Assembly: GCF_022045235.1 (NCBI RefSeq)
Contig: NW_027266343.1
Location: 54,436,001-54,500,000 of the forward strand
Origin: Haliotis cracherodii
Taxonomy: Eukaryota
Reading direction: 5' to 3'
DNA: 64,000 nucleotides
How positions within the stretch are numbered: position 1 is the first letter of the stretch; every line of letters starts with the position of its first letter. Shown here one piece after another: positions 52,438 through 64,000 of this stretch. The notes below the pieces were generated by a model that saw only the letters and a program-made list of their open reading frames with translations, had not been told where the DNA came from and did no database searches. Made by a program: the position numbers and the translations under genes.

Positions 52438-52847
52438 TAGGCTGGGACGAGTCCAAATTAACTACCTGGGTATCCACCCCCCTATTACCCGACCCTACCC
52501 GGGTATCCACTGTAGGTCTCAGGAGATGTCTCAATTGGGAACATTTGTAGCATAGCCCTGGCAACACATATTTAGATACATATAGTAAACAATCTGGTCA
52601 TTCAGACACTGAAGCTGAATTAAAATATATCTTTATTCAACCATATGAAAATTCAGAAGGAATGGGTGCATTGTCAGAAAGAAATGCAAACATTAGTCTC
52701 CAAAGAGAACCATAGAGTTCAAGATAATTTTTGTCATTAAACAATATATCACGTGACTAACCATGGGTTCCGGGTAGTCCTGTGGGTACCTGGGTCCTAC
52801 TCAGTACCCACCCAACCCGGGTACCCGAGTTACCCATCCCAGCCCTA
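52438..52847. mobile_element. hAT-like MITE
   Basis: TAGGCTGGGAC ... ATCCCAGCCCTA termini with ACCCG/CGGGT subterminal repeats; no clean TSD. Confidence 0.6.
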
Positions 52848-53999
52848 CATTATATATATTGACACAAAACTTACAACATGGATGAAACAAAGCAATGACA
52901 TTTGTGTTACTAAGCCCATCCTCATGTACAGGCATGCAAGGATCTCAACCTCTATTATTCCACTGGACTCCTATATATGCAAATGCCACTACAGTAAAAT
53001 ATTATCCCATTGATATGAATATAATGTTATCCCTCTTCAGAGTAATGAAATATTCAAACACTGAGTGTGTTTGTGTACACTAAACTAAATGGTATTGATC
53101 TGAGCCACTGAGTAGGTTACATCCACTGCTAGTCTGGGAGATTTTTGGGGATCTACAAGTTAGGCTTGGGACAGTGTGGAGTAGGTATAATGACGACCGG
53201 GGGATAACTGCCGTATATCACCTCCATGCAGCATGTGATGCAGATTCACAACGCTTTTATGCAAGAAATGTACCACAAACTGAGGATTGACCTGAATGGA
53301 AATTTGCCACAAATTATGCAAAGTAGAGTTTGTCATGGATATGGAATAAAGTGACGTAGCCGACATTTTGTGCTGAGAATTATGGGAAGTCAGCTCTACT
53401 TATGGAAAGAAGCTATCTGGTTGTATATGAGCCACCATTCCGATAATGGCCTCCTTAGGTCAGTCTTCAGACTGGTGAACACACATAGAGTAACAGTGTG
53501 TTGTGAAAATTCTGGATACGGAAGAGCTGATAAGATATTGAGCTGTGGGATATTATTTTGAGGTGAAAGAACTCATTATATCTGTCCTTGTAGATAACAA
53601 TACACAGTGAGTGAGTGAGTGAGTGAGTGAGTGAGTGAGTGCTAGACTACTGACAGCTATCCTGGCTGATAACAATACACTGTTGTCATAGATAACTTGT
53701 GCATAGTCTTGTATCAGTGAGTGAGTGAGTATAGTTTGGTTAAATGGCACTTCAGGTACATCACAGTTCCTGATCAGATGGGATAAATGTATGTGATTTC
53801 ACAAGCCTATTGTCAAAATGTTAGAGCAATGTGTGCCGTAAGTATGATATCATGCCACTTTTATCACTGTGGGGACACAAGAATTGGGCTTCCCACATTG
53901 TACACATGTTGGCAATCAAACCTAAAGCTTAACCAACCACAAGGCTTCACAAATATACAACTGAACCTACTATGACACGCTAATGCTTTACCCACTGAC

Positions 54000-54350
54000 T
54001 ACAGATATGCAGCAGTGACGACAATGTCTTTGTACCACGGATCTGCATCTGTGACAAAAATGTCTCGGTACCAAGGATCTGTACCTGTGACAACGTCTCG
54101 GTACCACAGATCTGCACCTGTGACATCAATGTCTCGGTACCGCGGATCTGTACCTGTGACAACGTCTCGGTACCAAGGATCTGCACCTGTGACAACAATG
54201 TCTCGGTACCAAGGATCTGCACCTGTGACAACAATGTCTCGGTACCACGGATCTGCACCAGTGACAACAATGTCTTGGTACCACGGATCTGCATCTGTGA
54301 CAACAATGTCTTGGTACCACGGATCTGCATCTGTGACAACAAAGTCTCAG
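54000..54350. repeat. 33-36-bp minisatellite (gtgacaacaatgtctcggtaccacggatctgcacct)
   Basis: About 9-10 units. Confidence 0.95.
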
Positions 54351-57335
54351 TGCTGTTACAACCATGACCATGCTCTAGGCAAATATTCAAGCACATAATG
54401 GAATGATAATTGAAATCAAATTCAAACATAAAAACTACCAGATTGCTCGATGCCTGAATAATGGTTTCAAATAGAATTACCAAGACTTGTACTTTCCAGG
54501 CAGCATCTGGTACCAGGTAATGTAATCAATAAAAAAAAGAGCCTATTAATAGATCTCTGAGATAACATACTTAGCTGAGGTAATTAGATAATAGCATCAC
54601 GTAGTCAGACGTATATCACACTCATCAGAAACATCCGTGTCAAAACACTTCACAATGATCATATTAGACAATTCAACATTTGTGTGCACGATAATCACAA
54701 GTGAAATTGAAAGTGCTCAAAACTCATACTTGTACTATTGGATGGAAGTTTCCACTGATTATGTATATCCTCATTGGCATGCATGTGACACCTCCCAATC
54801 TGTCCAGGCGGGTCCTGGATTATCATGTTTGACCCCGACGGGCCTTTGTCTTACAATCAACTGGTAATTAAATCCATATGGTGAATAATTTCTAACAATG
54901 TAAACTGTAAGGAAAACTGGGATAGTCGTAACAGCTAGGTGTCTGAAGGGTAGAACTTGAAATAAATAACCAGCGTGTTTATTCCTGTATAATCCAATAC
55001 AGACTTTGATACATGTGACTGTTATAGATGACGTTATTGGTTATCAGATTTATCAGAAACTATTCTAAAATGTCACTTTACCTCAACGCCATTAAACTCT
55101 CAGAAATGAAAACAAAATATGACCAGCAAGCGCTGTCTCCTGAAACAAGACTATGCGTGATTGGTTGAATCGGTAGTTGAAATAACACAAGCAGGGTTCC
55201 TCATAGGGTTTCAAAGTCAAAGTATAAGTCAAACTCATGTTAATCTGCCTTTTACCTGACATCGTGACTCGTTTGCACAAAAATATCAACACATCAAACT
55301 TTGAGAGAATGTATCATGTGATTTGAATTAATATCCTCAAATTGTTTGTTTGTTTCATAAATGAAGGCTCAGAAAGCATGTTCAATGAGTATGGAAAAGG
55401 AGAACTGACTTTTGTGGTATCAAGCCACTGTAAATTGACGGATCGTGATGACTGTTTAACATATAAATTTCATGGTTGCTTTATTACAGTTCTCCCTGAT
55501 AGATGCAAGTATCTCCCTATTCCTAAAGGCCTAATGTCCCTGACACCCTCTGACAATTTATCACATGTATGCAATGGTAAATATGCAGATATACATCCTG
55601 ATAAGCTAGAAACACTGGGCACAGCTACAATGTATAACAAGTGTATCACAAGATGTGTGTTGTGTGTTGAACATACCTTGTGATTTGCCTACAAACAAAC
55701 TGGACAAATCACACATGTAGTAATATCCTTATCAAACATCAACAAGTGAATTACAGATATTCCATACCACCCTGACTACAGTCTATGTTGCCATGGGAAC
55801 CTGCCCTGTCCAGACATACTTCAATACGTGTATTAGATCCTTGGACGAACAGTAACCACATACACACAAACTTATCAATTCAGTGATTTCTATTTGCTAG
55901 TTGAAAAAAGCTCTGGAAAAAGTCAATCCTTTCAACTAATACATGAATCAAACAATCTTGAATATATTCTAGTTCCACAATAACATTACTTTTTGAGAAA
56001 TAAACAGATTATTTGAGAAGAGAAAGTGAAGATAACAGATTTGAGAAAATAACATTTACACCATGCATGGTTGTCCAGAAACCAGACTGGTGCTGCCATT
56101 ACACAACGAATGAAACATGCTACCAAAACATAGGTGGTTTGATCACAGCGTGATTACACACTATGCCGCCATGTTAGGACAAGTGAAAAAACGTGAGTGA
56201 AGTAACCGAAAAAATCCTAGGGATCAATCAAGAAACGTGCGATGGATACCAGGCAGTGTTGTCATGCATAGCTCATGTGCAGAGGGCAGTGTGAGAAAAC
56301 TGCTGGCAAAATCAAATATAAATTTGATTTTTCCAAGCTAGTTTTGAGGCAATAAATACCCATGAAATCTGTCAAATCCATTGCTAAAGCTGGTGGGAAG
56401 TAGCCCGTAGTCCGATCTTATACATTCGTACACTGCCAAACTCCAATGCTGCCATTACCGTCCGGACCTACAATCAATTACTGAATGGCCGTGCAATGCC
56501 ATTACTGTGCCAAGACAATACCTACTACCTCTCTCCCTCCTTCACACTCGCCTTGGACTTCAACATCAAATACTAAATACCTAGATTTGCATCAGCCTAA
56601 AGCACAACGCTTAGCTCCAATGCAATTATGCTTTATTTCTGGGACGATTTATTGTACAGCTCTGAAGGCATGCAATTGTCCTTCTGTCATCTGTGAGAGA
56701 GAAGGGCACTCGATCAAAAACTCGGCCACATAGTTGATTTGGGACATATTATCCCCACCAATCATTTTCCCAGTTCGGCCATATTAGCATTCCCATACTG
56801 TTTTCCTAATCACCTTCCCCAGCTGCTACCTGTAGATACATGTGTCTACACCACTACTTATTGTTCAAACTGTAGAGTGTATTGATAGGCTGTTATTCAA
56901 TACATTGTTGGCCATAATTGTTTATGATAAATAAATAAGCAATTTTCATTTTGGTTCTGGCAAAGTTAGCAATTATTCTAATTTGTGGCTCATATAATGA
57001 CCTGTAAAGTACTGAGAATTAGGGAAATCTCATTATTTATGGTATGGAACATGAGTACAATTAAAAAAAAAAATTTTAAATATCACATCAAATGAATTAA
57101 GGATAAGATGGTGAACTTGAGACATTTAAAGATGTACTAGTAATAAAGAAACAAATTAATATATCAGGCTATTATTGAAATAAAAAAGAAAAGTAGGAAA
57201 ATAATATATTCAAACGACATTCTCTTTGAAAATGAGAAGAATAAAAGAACTGTAAATATGTAAAAAGGTCAGTGATCTATCAAAACATTTTCATTAAACC
57301 CCGGTCCTTACTGTGAATGTCTTTATCCATATGTA

Positions 57336-57735
57336 TGTAGCGGCCATAAAATTTCTGAGTCCTGTGATGGGATTCGAACCATGGACCTTCTGATCCGAGG
57401 TCGGACGCCTTGTCCACATGACCAAAGAGGTTAACCTGTCAGCAAGCCGACAAGGTAAGGATGTCATCTGTGGGATGACTCTACGCCCTGCTACATACTC
57501 CTACGTCAGGAGGCTTATAAGCTTACTGAGGCTTACTTTGCTCAAATTTAATTTGAACATACACAGCCCCACGTTGGACGCCAATGCAGCGGCCATAAGA
57601 TTCCCATGATGGGATTCGAACCACAGACCTTCATATATGAGGTCGGATGCCTTGTCCACATGACCAAAGAGGTTAACCCTGTCAGCAAGCTGACAAGGTA
57701 AGGATGTCATCTGTGAGATGACTCCATACCCTGCA
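57336..57735 (-). mobile_element. Complete TRIM (non-autonomous LTR retrotransposon) with a tRNA-like sequence inside each LTR (Helenus/TRIMp3-like)
   Basis: LTRs at 57585-57735 and 57336-57495 (TG...CA); PBS TGGCGTCCAACGTGGGGC at 57566-57583; (A)TGTA in both flanks; 89-bp internal region. Confidence 0.9.
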
Positions 57736-58535
57736 ATGTAAAAGGGGGGTTCCACCTGTCACACAACAATGGTGTGAGACTGAATGTTACATGATATGAA
57801 CATAATCTTCCAGTATCTGTAAGTGATGACACCTGGACCAGACAAACCAGTGACTGGAAATGACACAAGTTACCAGGAATAGAGTTTCTTGAGATCATTC
57901 CTTCCTCTACACAATCAGTTGTGTACTCACCACCAAAAGAAGCGCGAACTATAGAAACATAGAGAGAAGTATGAACGTTATGAAGAGATGTTTCCAATGT
58001 GTGCCAATTAATGACAAAACTAACAGTCAGTCATGTGTTACAACAACGTGTCCTTATTCTTATCATGATATGCTGCACATGATTTCCAAACTTTACACAC
58101 TAATCCTGCATGAGACAATGGTGCATCTCGAGTCATGGATCTATGACGTCACATGTGATGCGTTCATGAGCATCGATTCACACAACAGACCAGCATGTTC
58201 TTTTGTGCATCAAACCAATATAACACCTCTTGAATATGAGTCATTCGGCATATATAAACCAACATGTATGGTATTCATGTTTCTTTTGTGAGTGAGTATA
58301 TAACCTGTTTTCACAACAGGGCTGTTTGTTTGTTTGATTTTCAATTCCTCACTCAGCACTACTCCAGACATATACCAGCTGCCTGTAATAATCGAATCTT
58401 GACCAAATACAACAGGGAGTACAACAGCTGTTGTATGGATTACATTGATGTTGACGGATGTTGACGGATGTCATGGCATGACAGATTAACTTTAGTAACA
58501 TGAAGGAATCAGTGATCTTTAACTTCTTTTGAGTA

Positions 58536-58536
<1 letters not shown>

Positions 58537-58582
<46 letters not shown>

Positions 58583-58718
58583 AAAATGAGGTAAATGTTC
58601 ACTCGGTGTACATGTAATATATAATAAAATAATAACGTCCATGTTAGTCTATCATCTTCTTTATATCAGTTTATAAAGATATAAAGAAGATGATGGACTA
58701 ACGTGGACTTTATTATTT

Positions 58719-58769
<51 letters not shown>
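58537..58769. repeat. Two (TA)n tracts enclosing a 47-bp-arm inverted repeat (58621-58724)
   Basis: Arms differ at 3 positions; 10-nt loop. Confidence 0.9.
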
Positions 58770-58771
<2 letters not shown>

Positions 58772-59187
58772 CATTGGGCTCTATATTGAGTTACGGACAA
58801 GTCAAACTTATTAGAATGTATTATCCTATAATTATTACATGACATATTCAGTATGAGTAAAACATCAGACAGTATGCATGGATTTCTCATCATAGAGATT
58901 CTATCTACAACAAGTGCAGGGACTGGATGTTCGGAACGGCAGCCTACCTGGCGTTCCATCGACATCCAACATTAATGACCCCCTGGCACTGTCTACTCAA
59001 ACACAGTGCCAACTGACAATGTTAATCCCAGATCTCAGTCTTTCCTCAACAGGAAGTGCAGCTTCCTTGACAGGGTGGTACTATATGGTGTTTAATGCCC
59101 TAGTAGGCTATATCTCTGTTATACCATGGTGCTCAGTTCTAATCGGTTTTATGCAGGCAAAATGTTTGCCATCATATAAGAGCATTG

Positions 59188-59459
59188 TTTGTTTGTTTGT
59201 TTGTTTGTTGTTTAACGGCACACTCAGCAATATTCCAGCTATATGACAGCTGTCTGTAAATAATTGAATCTGGACTTGACAAAGCAGTGGTTGATATCAT
59301 GAGCATCGATCCACACAATTGGGATACAATCAATGCATCAACCAAGTCAGCAAACCTGACCATCTGATTTCTTATGTCATCTCTTATGACAAGCATAGCC
59401 ATCCCTTAGGGCAGGCATTGGTTGCTGAAGACCTATTCTAACCAGGATCTTCATGGGTC
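59188..59459 (-). mobile_element. Retroposon family 2, full length
   Basis: TSD-like ATAT(AA/TG)GAGCATTG flanks; same 5' terminus as other copies. Confidence 0.88.
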
Positions 59460-59745
59460 TATATTGGAGCATTGGTCCTTGTTATATGGGTATGATGACA
59501 CGATGCTGGCCAGGTTACAGCTGAGAACCAGACACATACTAGTGCTGCTATACTCGTCAGCCATATTGGCCATCTAATCACCAATTTAATTACCCGATCC
59601 ATCAAGCATAGAAACATGGAACCTGTTCTCCTGAGGAACTGAAAAGTCAGCCATTTTGAAGTAGAAAGCCAAGGGTTGATACTCTGCATTTGAATCTTTC
59701 TCCTATTTTATTAATCATAAATGCTTCACAACCATAGGTAAATTC

Positions 59746-60026
59746 AGTGAGTGAGTGAGTTGGGTTTAACACCGCTTTTAACAGTATTCCAGTTATATCG
59801 CGGCATGTAAGCTTAATGTGGGAGGAAAGCCTGAATTGATGCAGATCTCAGACATTTACCACTTCGGTTAAATCCACGGGTATGGTGCTAATAATAACAT
59901 AATAATAAACATAATCAGGGTGAACCGGCTAACGAACCAACAATCATAGGTTTCTGGCGTTCCCAAGGGAAGCAACTCTGCATTGTGAAATGCAGCGCCT
60001 TAGAAGACTGGGCCATCCTTGACCCC
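59746..60026 (-). mobile_element. Family 3 (tRNA-Leu-like) SINE
   Basis: Minus strand starts GGGGTCAAGGATGGCCCAGTCTTCTAAGGCGC (compare tRNA-Leu GTCAGGATGGCCGAGTGGTCTAAGGCGC); (ACTC)n tail. Confidence 0.85.
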
Positions 60027-61704
60027 ATAGGTAATTTGAAGAAATCCTGGCTAGATTACATCCTGACTCTTATACCAGGAACATAAATATAATATAAGAC
60101 TCAAAAGAAGTAGACAGCCAAAGGACATATTAACTATAGTCACATAAAAAAAGCGTGTCTTCTATAACTTTTCTTGAGTAGTATATTACCCAAAGTGGGG
60201 AAAAACAAGAGGAATCTACTTTTTAACAATGTTAGAAGTTTTACATATATATTTGTTTATCTATTTATTTATTTACTTATTTACACATAACATGGGGCAT
60301 ATAAGCTGTATTCCCAGTAGTTTGAGTTTATTCTCTACACATTACTCTGCTTGCATTTACAGAATTGTAGATATGTTTTCCATATTTATAGTCCAGTCAA
60401 TGGGGATACATTATAAGATAATACCCGATTATACAACAATGTATTACAGATGACACAATAGCTCCATCAAACTGGAAACATACATACAGGGTACTAACAT
60501 TTAACTGCAAGGATACCACCTGACGAAAGAATGTTTCAGAAGAGGGTCAATTTAAAGCTTATGGTAATGCCAAACAGACTCATTAGGAGTGCTTCTCTAA
60601 GCCTAATGTACTTTCGGTAAGCCCGATGGCGCCATTGGACTGGTCACCTCACCACAGGGTAGGGTAGACAGATGAAGGTTCATGCAGGTTGGAGCATAGG
60701 CTTCCTGAGTCTCTCTATCACTAAAGACTCACGGGAGCCGAGTAATCTTATTACTTTACAGAAGGACGACAGAGTCATCAATTATAATGACACTCATCCA
60801 CTCGGGTCGCCCGGTCGCCCGGTCGCCGTTGTGAGGGACAGAGGCAGGTCCGAAATGGCAAATCAATCCCTTCATCATAAAACATGTCAGGGAATCTTCA
60901 CGGACTAATGTTTCGAGGCATGCAAACATAAGATACCCCATCAGTTTTATGCAGATTCCACGATAACCATGAATCATGCTGATTAAGTTTAGTCTTTAAC
61001 TTAAAAAATTTAAAAACTTGAAATCCATAATTTTGTAGCTGGAGAATGAATGTGTAATATTTCAGTGTGATAATGTTCCTTGATGTATGGCAGAGGGTCT
61101 GGAACATCAGAGGGAGGGGAAATTGTTTAGCCTCACAGTCGAATATTGAAAAAATACGATTAATCATTCTTAAGGCTGTCGTTCTTGCTGCCTTGAGGAT
61201 TGCCAAATTTGTAAGAGGGCTTTGAGATTTGAGTCAACAGATGAGAGGCTGATAGAGGCTGAGATACTTTCATGTACGAAGAAAAACATACAAGAGCAAA
61301 TGAATGCATGCTGGGATATCTGAAATTCCACAATCATCAAAATAGGCTAGTGCTGTGTAAACGTTCACAATTTCTCCTCTGAGGAATCGGTCTACTTTTC
61401 GTAATAATTCTTCAGCATATTCACTAAGGCAGCACCCAACACAGTACCAAATATTGGAAGGCAGAGTAGAAATCGAAAATCATATAATCTTTGAACTGTT
61501 TGCATACACGCTTCAATTTGCGTTGTTTAAACACTCTTGCAAGGGCTTGGGCTGACAATTGATTCTCCTCTGTGTAAACGGAATCATCCATCTCCTCAAT
61601 GTCTTATTCCACAAGGAAACACGGACCATGACACTACCCAAAAGATGTACGCTGATGTGTTACTGCTGGGAATCAATAATGATGGACATGTTGCACCTTC
61701 ATCA

Positions 61705-62002
61705 CCAGGCAGCAAGGAACACATACAGTGGTCCACTATTCAAAGATGCCTTCATCACCAGACATGTGGGGTATCAAACCCGGACCTTCAGGTTGATGGG
61801 TAAACACTCTAACCACTGGACCACCCCTCCACTCCCAGGCACCAAGGAATGCATACAGCGGTCCACCATTTAAAGATGCCTTCATCACCAGACATGTGGG
61901 GATCAAACCCGGACCTTCAGGTTGAAGGGTAAAAACTTTAACCACTGGGCCACCCCACTCTTCCCAGGCACCAAGAAATGCATACAATGGTCCACTATTC
62001 AC
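61705..62002 (-). repeat. 130-bp tandem duplication (about 2.3 units), each containing a tRNA-like SINE head
   Basis: agatgccttcatcaccagacatgtgggg at 61744 and 61874. Confidence 0.85.
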
Positions 62003-62479
62003 AGGTGGCTCTGCTGGAATCCTAATTTTCTGTTAGAACAGGAGTGAGTGAATATTGTTTTAAGACAGTCAGCAATATTACTGCTATGTCATGATAGCCT
62101 GTATATAATAATGTCTTGACCACGCGACTGACAGCATGAACAATGACACATACTGTTTAGGTATGACGACACACTATACACCCATCCTTGTAGAAAGTAA
62201 ACTGATGTCTTTCTCATATGTCAAACACTACAAACAAGCATCAGCCATGGAATATTTATTCTTGCTTATAATCACAACCCAATCAAATAGTATTTTTTAA
62301 ATTAAGAACAAAAATAGGTCCAGCAGTGACTGTCAGGAGCTGTTGATATGTCAACATTAAAGTTTTATTGCTGATTATTAGGATGGTTTCAGTCCTGGCT
62401 GATTAATGTCAACACAGTTGATTAATTCACCCAACAACATAAACATTGGAAGGGCACGCATCACTCTGGGCACTACAGA

Positions 62480-64000
62480 GGTGCTTGTGAGGAAAGGACT
62501 TGTTGCTCGGCCATGATCAGCTGACCTACAAATGGCAGCAGGTGCTTGCACTGCTCTGATAACCATGGAGAGTGCTGGAGAGTTTGGGAGAGTGCGGGAG
62601 AGTGTGGGAGAGTGCTGGAGAGTGCTGGAGAGTGTGGGAGAGTGTGGGAGAGTGTGGGAGAGTGCTGGAGAGTGCGGGAGAGTGCGAGAGAGTGCGGGAG
62701 AGAGCGGGAGAGCGTTGGAGAGTGTGGGAGAGTGTGCAGGAGAGTGCTGGAGAGTATGGGAGAGTGCGGGAGGGAGCAGGAGAGTGCAGGAGAGAGTGGG
62801 TGAGTGCCCCGAGAGCGTGGGAGAGTGCGGGAGAGTGCAGGAGAGTGGGGGAGAGAGTGGGAGACTGCACCTGAAGCACCTGTGAGGAAAGCACCTGTTG
62901 CTCGGCCATGATCAGCTGGTGCTTGCACTGCTCTGATAACCATGAAGAGTGCTGGAGAGTGTGGGAGAGAGTGGGAGAGTGCTGGAGAGAGCGGGAGAAT
63001 GCTGGAGAGAGCGGGAGAATGCTGGAGAGAGCGGGAGAATGCTGGAGAGAGCGGGAGAGTGTGGGACGGTGCAGGAGAGTGCGGGAGAGTGCTGGAGAGT
63101 GCTGGAAAGTGCTGGAGAGTGTGGGAGAGTGCTGGAGAGTGTGGGACAGAGCGGGAGAGTGCTGGAGAGTGTGGGAGAGTGTGGGAGAGTGTGGGAGAGA
63201 GCGGGAGAGTGCTGGAGAGTGCTGGAGAGTGTGGGAGAGTGTGGGAGAGTGTGGGAGAGTGCTGGAGAGTGCGGGAGAGTGCGAGAGAGTGCGGGAGAGA
63301 GCGGGAGAGCGTTGGAGAGTGTGGGAGAGTGTGCAGGAGAGTGCTGGAGAGTATGGGAGAGTGCGGGAGGGAGCAGGAGAGTGCAGGAGAGAGTGGGTGA
63401 GTGCCCCGAGAGCGTGGGAGAGTGCGGGAGAGTGCAGGAGAGTGGGGGAGAGAGTGGGAGACTGCACCTGAAGCACCTGTGAGGAAAGCACCTGTTGCTC
63501 GGCCATGATCAGCTGGTGCTTGCACTGCTCTGATAACCATGAAGAGTGCTGGAGAGTGTGGGAGAGAGTGGGAGAGTGCTGGAGAGAGCGGGAGAATGCT
63601 GGAGAGAGCGGGAGAATGCTGGAGAGAGCGGGAGAATGCTGGAGAGAGCGGGAGAGTGTGGGACGGTGCAGGAGAGTGCGGGAGAGTGCTGGAGAGTGCT
63701 GGAAAGTGCTGGAGAGTGTGGGAGAGTGCTGGAGAGTGTGGGACAGAGCGGGAGAGTGCTGGAGAGTGTGGGAGAGTGTGGGAGAGTGTGGGAGAGAGCG
63801 GGAGAGTGCTGGAGAGTGCTGGAGAGTGTGGGACAGAGCGGGAGAGTGCTGGAGAGTGCTGAAGAGTGTGGGAGAGTGCAGGAGAGTGCAGGAGAGTGGG
63901 GAGAGAGTGGGAGAGTGCACCTGAAGCACCTGTGAGGAAAGGACTTGTTCCTCGGCCATAGTCAGCTGACCTACCAATAGCAGCTGGTGCTTGCACTGCT
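62480..64000. repeat. Compound repeat: GA-rich decamers (ggagagtgtg/ggagagtgct) punctuated by an ~80-bp module; one near-exact 597-bp duplication
   Basis: Module at ~62485, 62865, 63462 and 63915; period 597 between the 2nd and 3rd. Confidence 0.95.

Noticed and set aside
62473-63996. 507/483-aa Ser/His/Leu/Pro ORFs
   Set aside because: Translations of the decamer repeat, open in multiple frames on both strands.

Overview
Eukaryotic, AT-rich, repeat-dense DNA. It is probably from a gastropod mollusc such as abalone (inferred from the SINE types and GAGT microsatellites, not verified). The window appears to be mostly intron of a minus-strand Kv channel-interacting protein (KChIP/KCNIP, calsenilin family) gene. 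One clear 125-bp coding exon lies at 34732-34856, and a probable first coding exon starting MGC lies at 41496-41610. No downstream exons were found. The rest comprises about a dozen unrelated minisatellite arrays, four SINE-like families, hAT and Tc1/pogo-type MITEs, Penelope-like remnants (one with a hammerhead motif) and two N-gaps. Four observations stand out. (1) A complete ~400-bp TRIM whose LTRs contain a tRNA-Arg-like sequence, with a tRNA-Lys PBS and TSD, plus a solo LTR of the same family. (2) A retroposon family with no tRNA head whose fixed 5' end can fold into a pseudoknot. (3) Roughly 30:2 orientation bias of SINEs, which keeps (GAGU)n (repeated GUGAGU splice donors) out of the KChIP pre-mRNA. 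(4) A chimeric SINE and a satellite that arose inside a SINE. All long ORFs in the track come from repeats or gaps. Coordinates were read by eye, and repeat boundaries are approximate.
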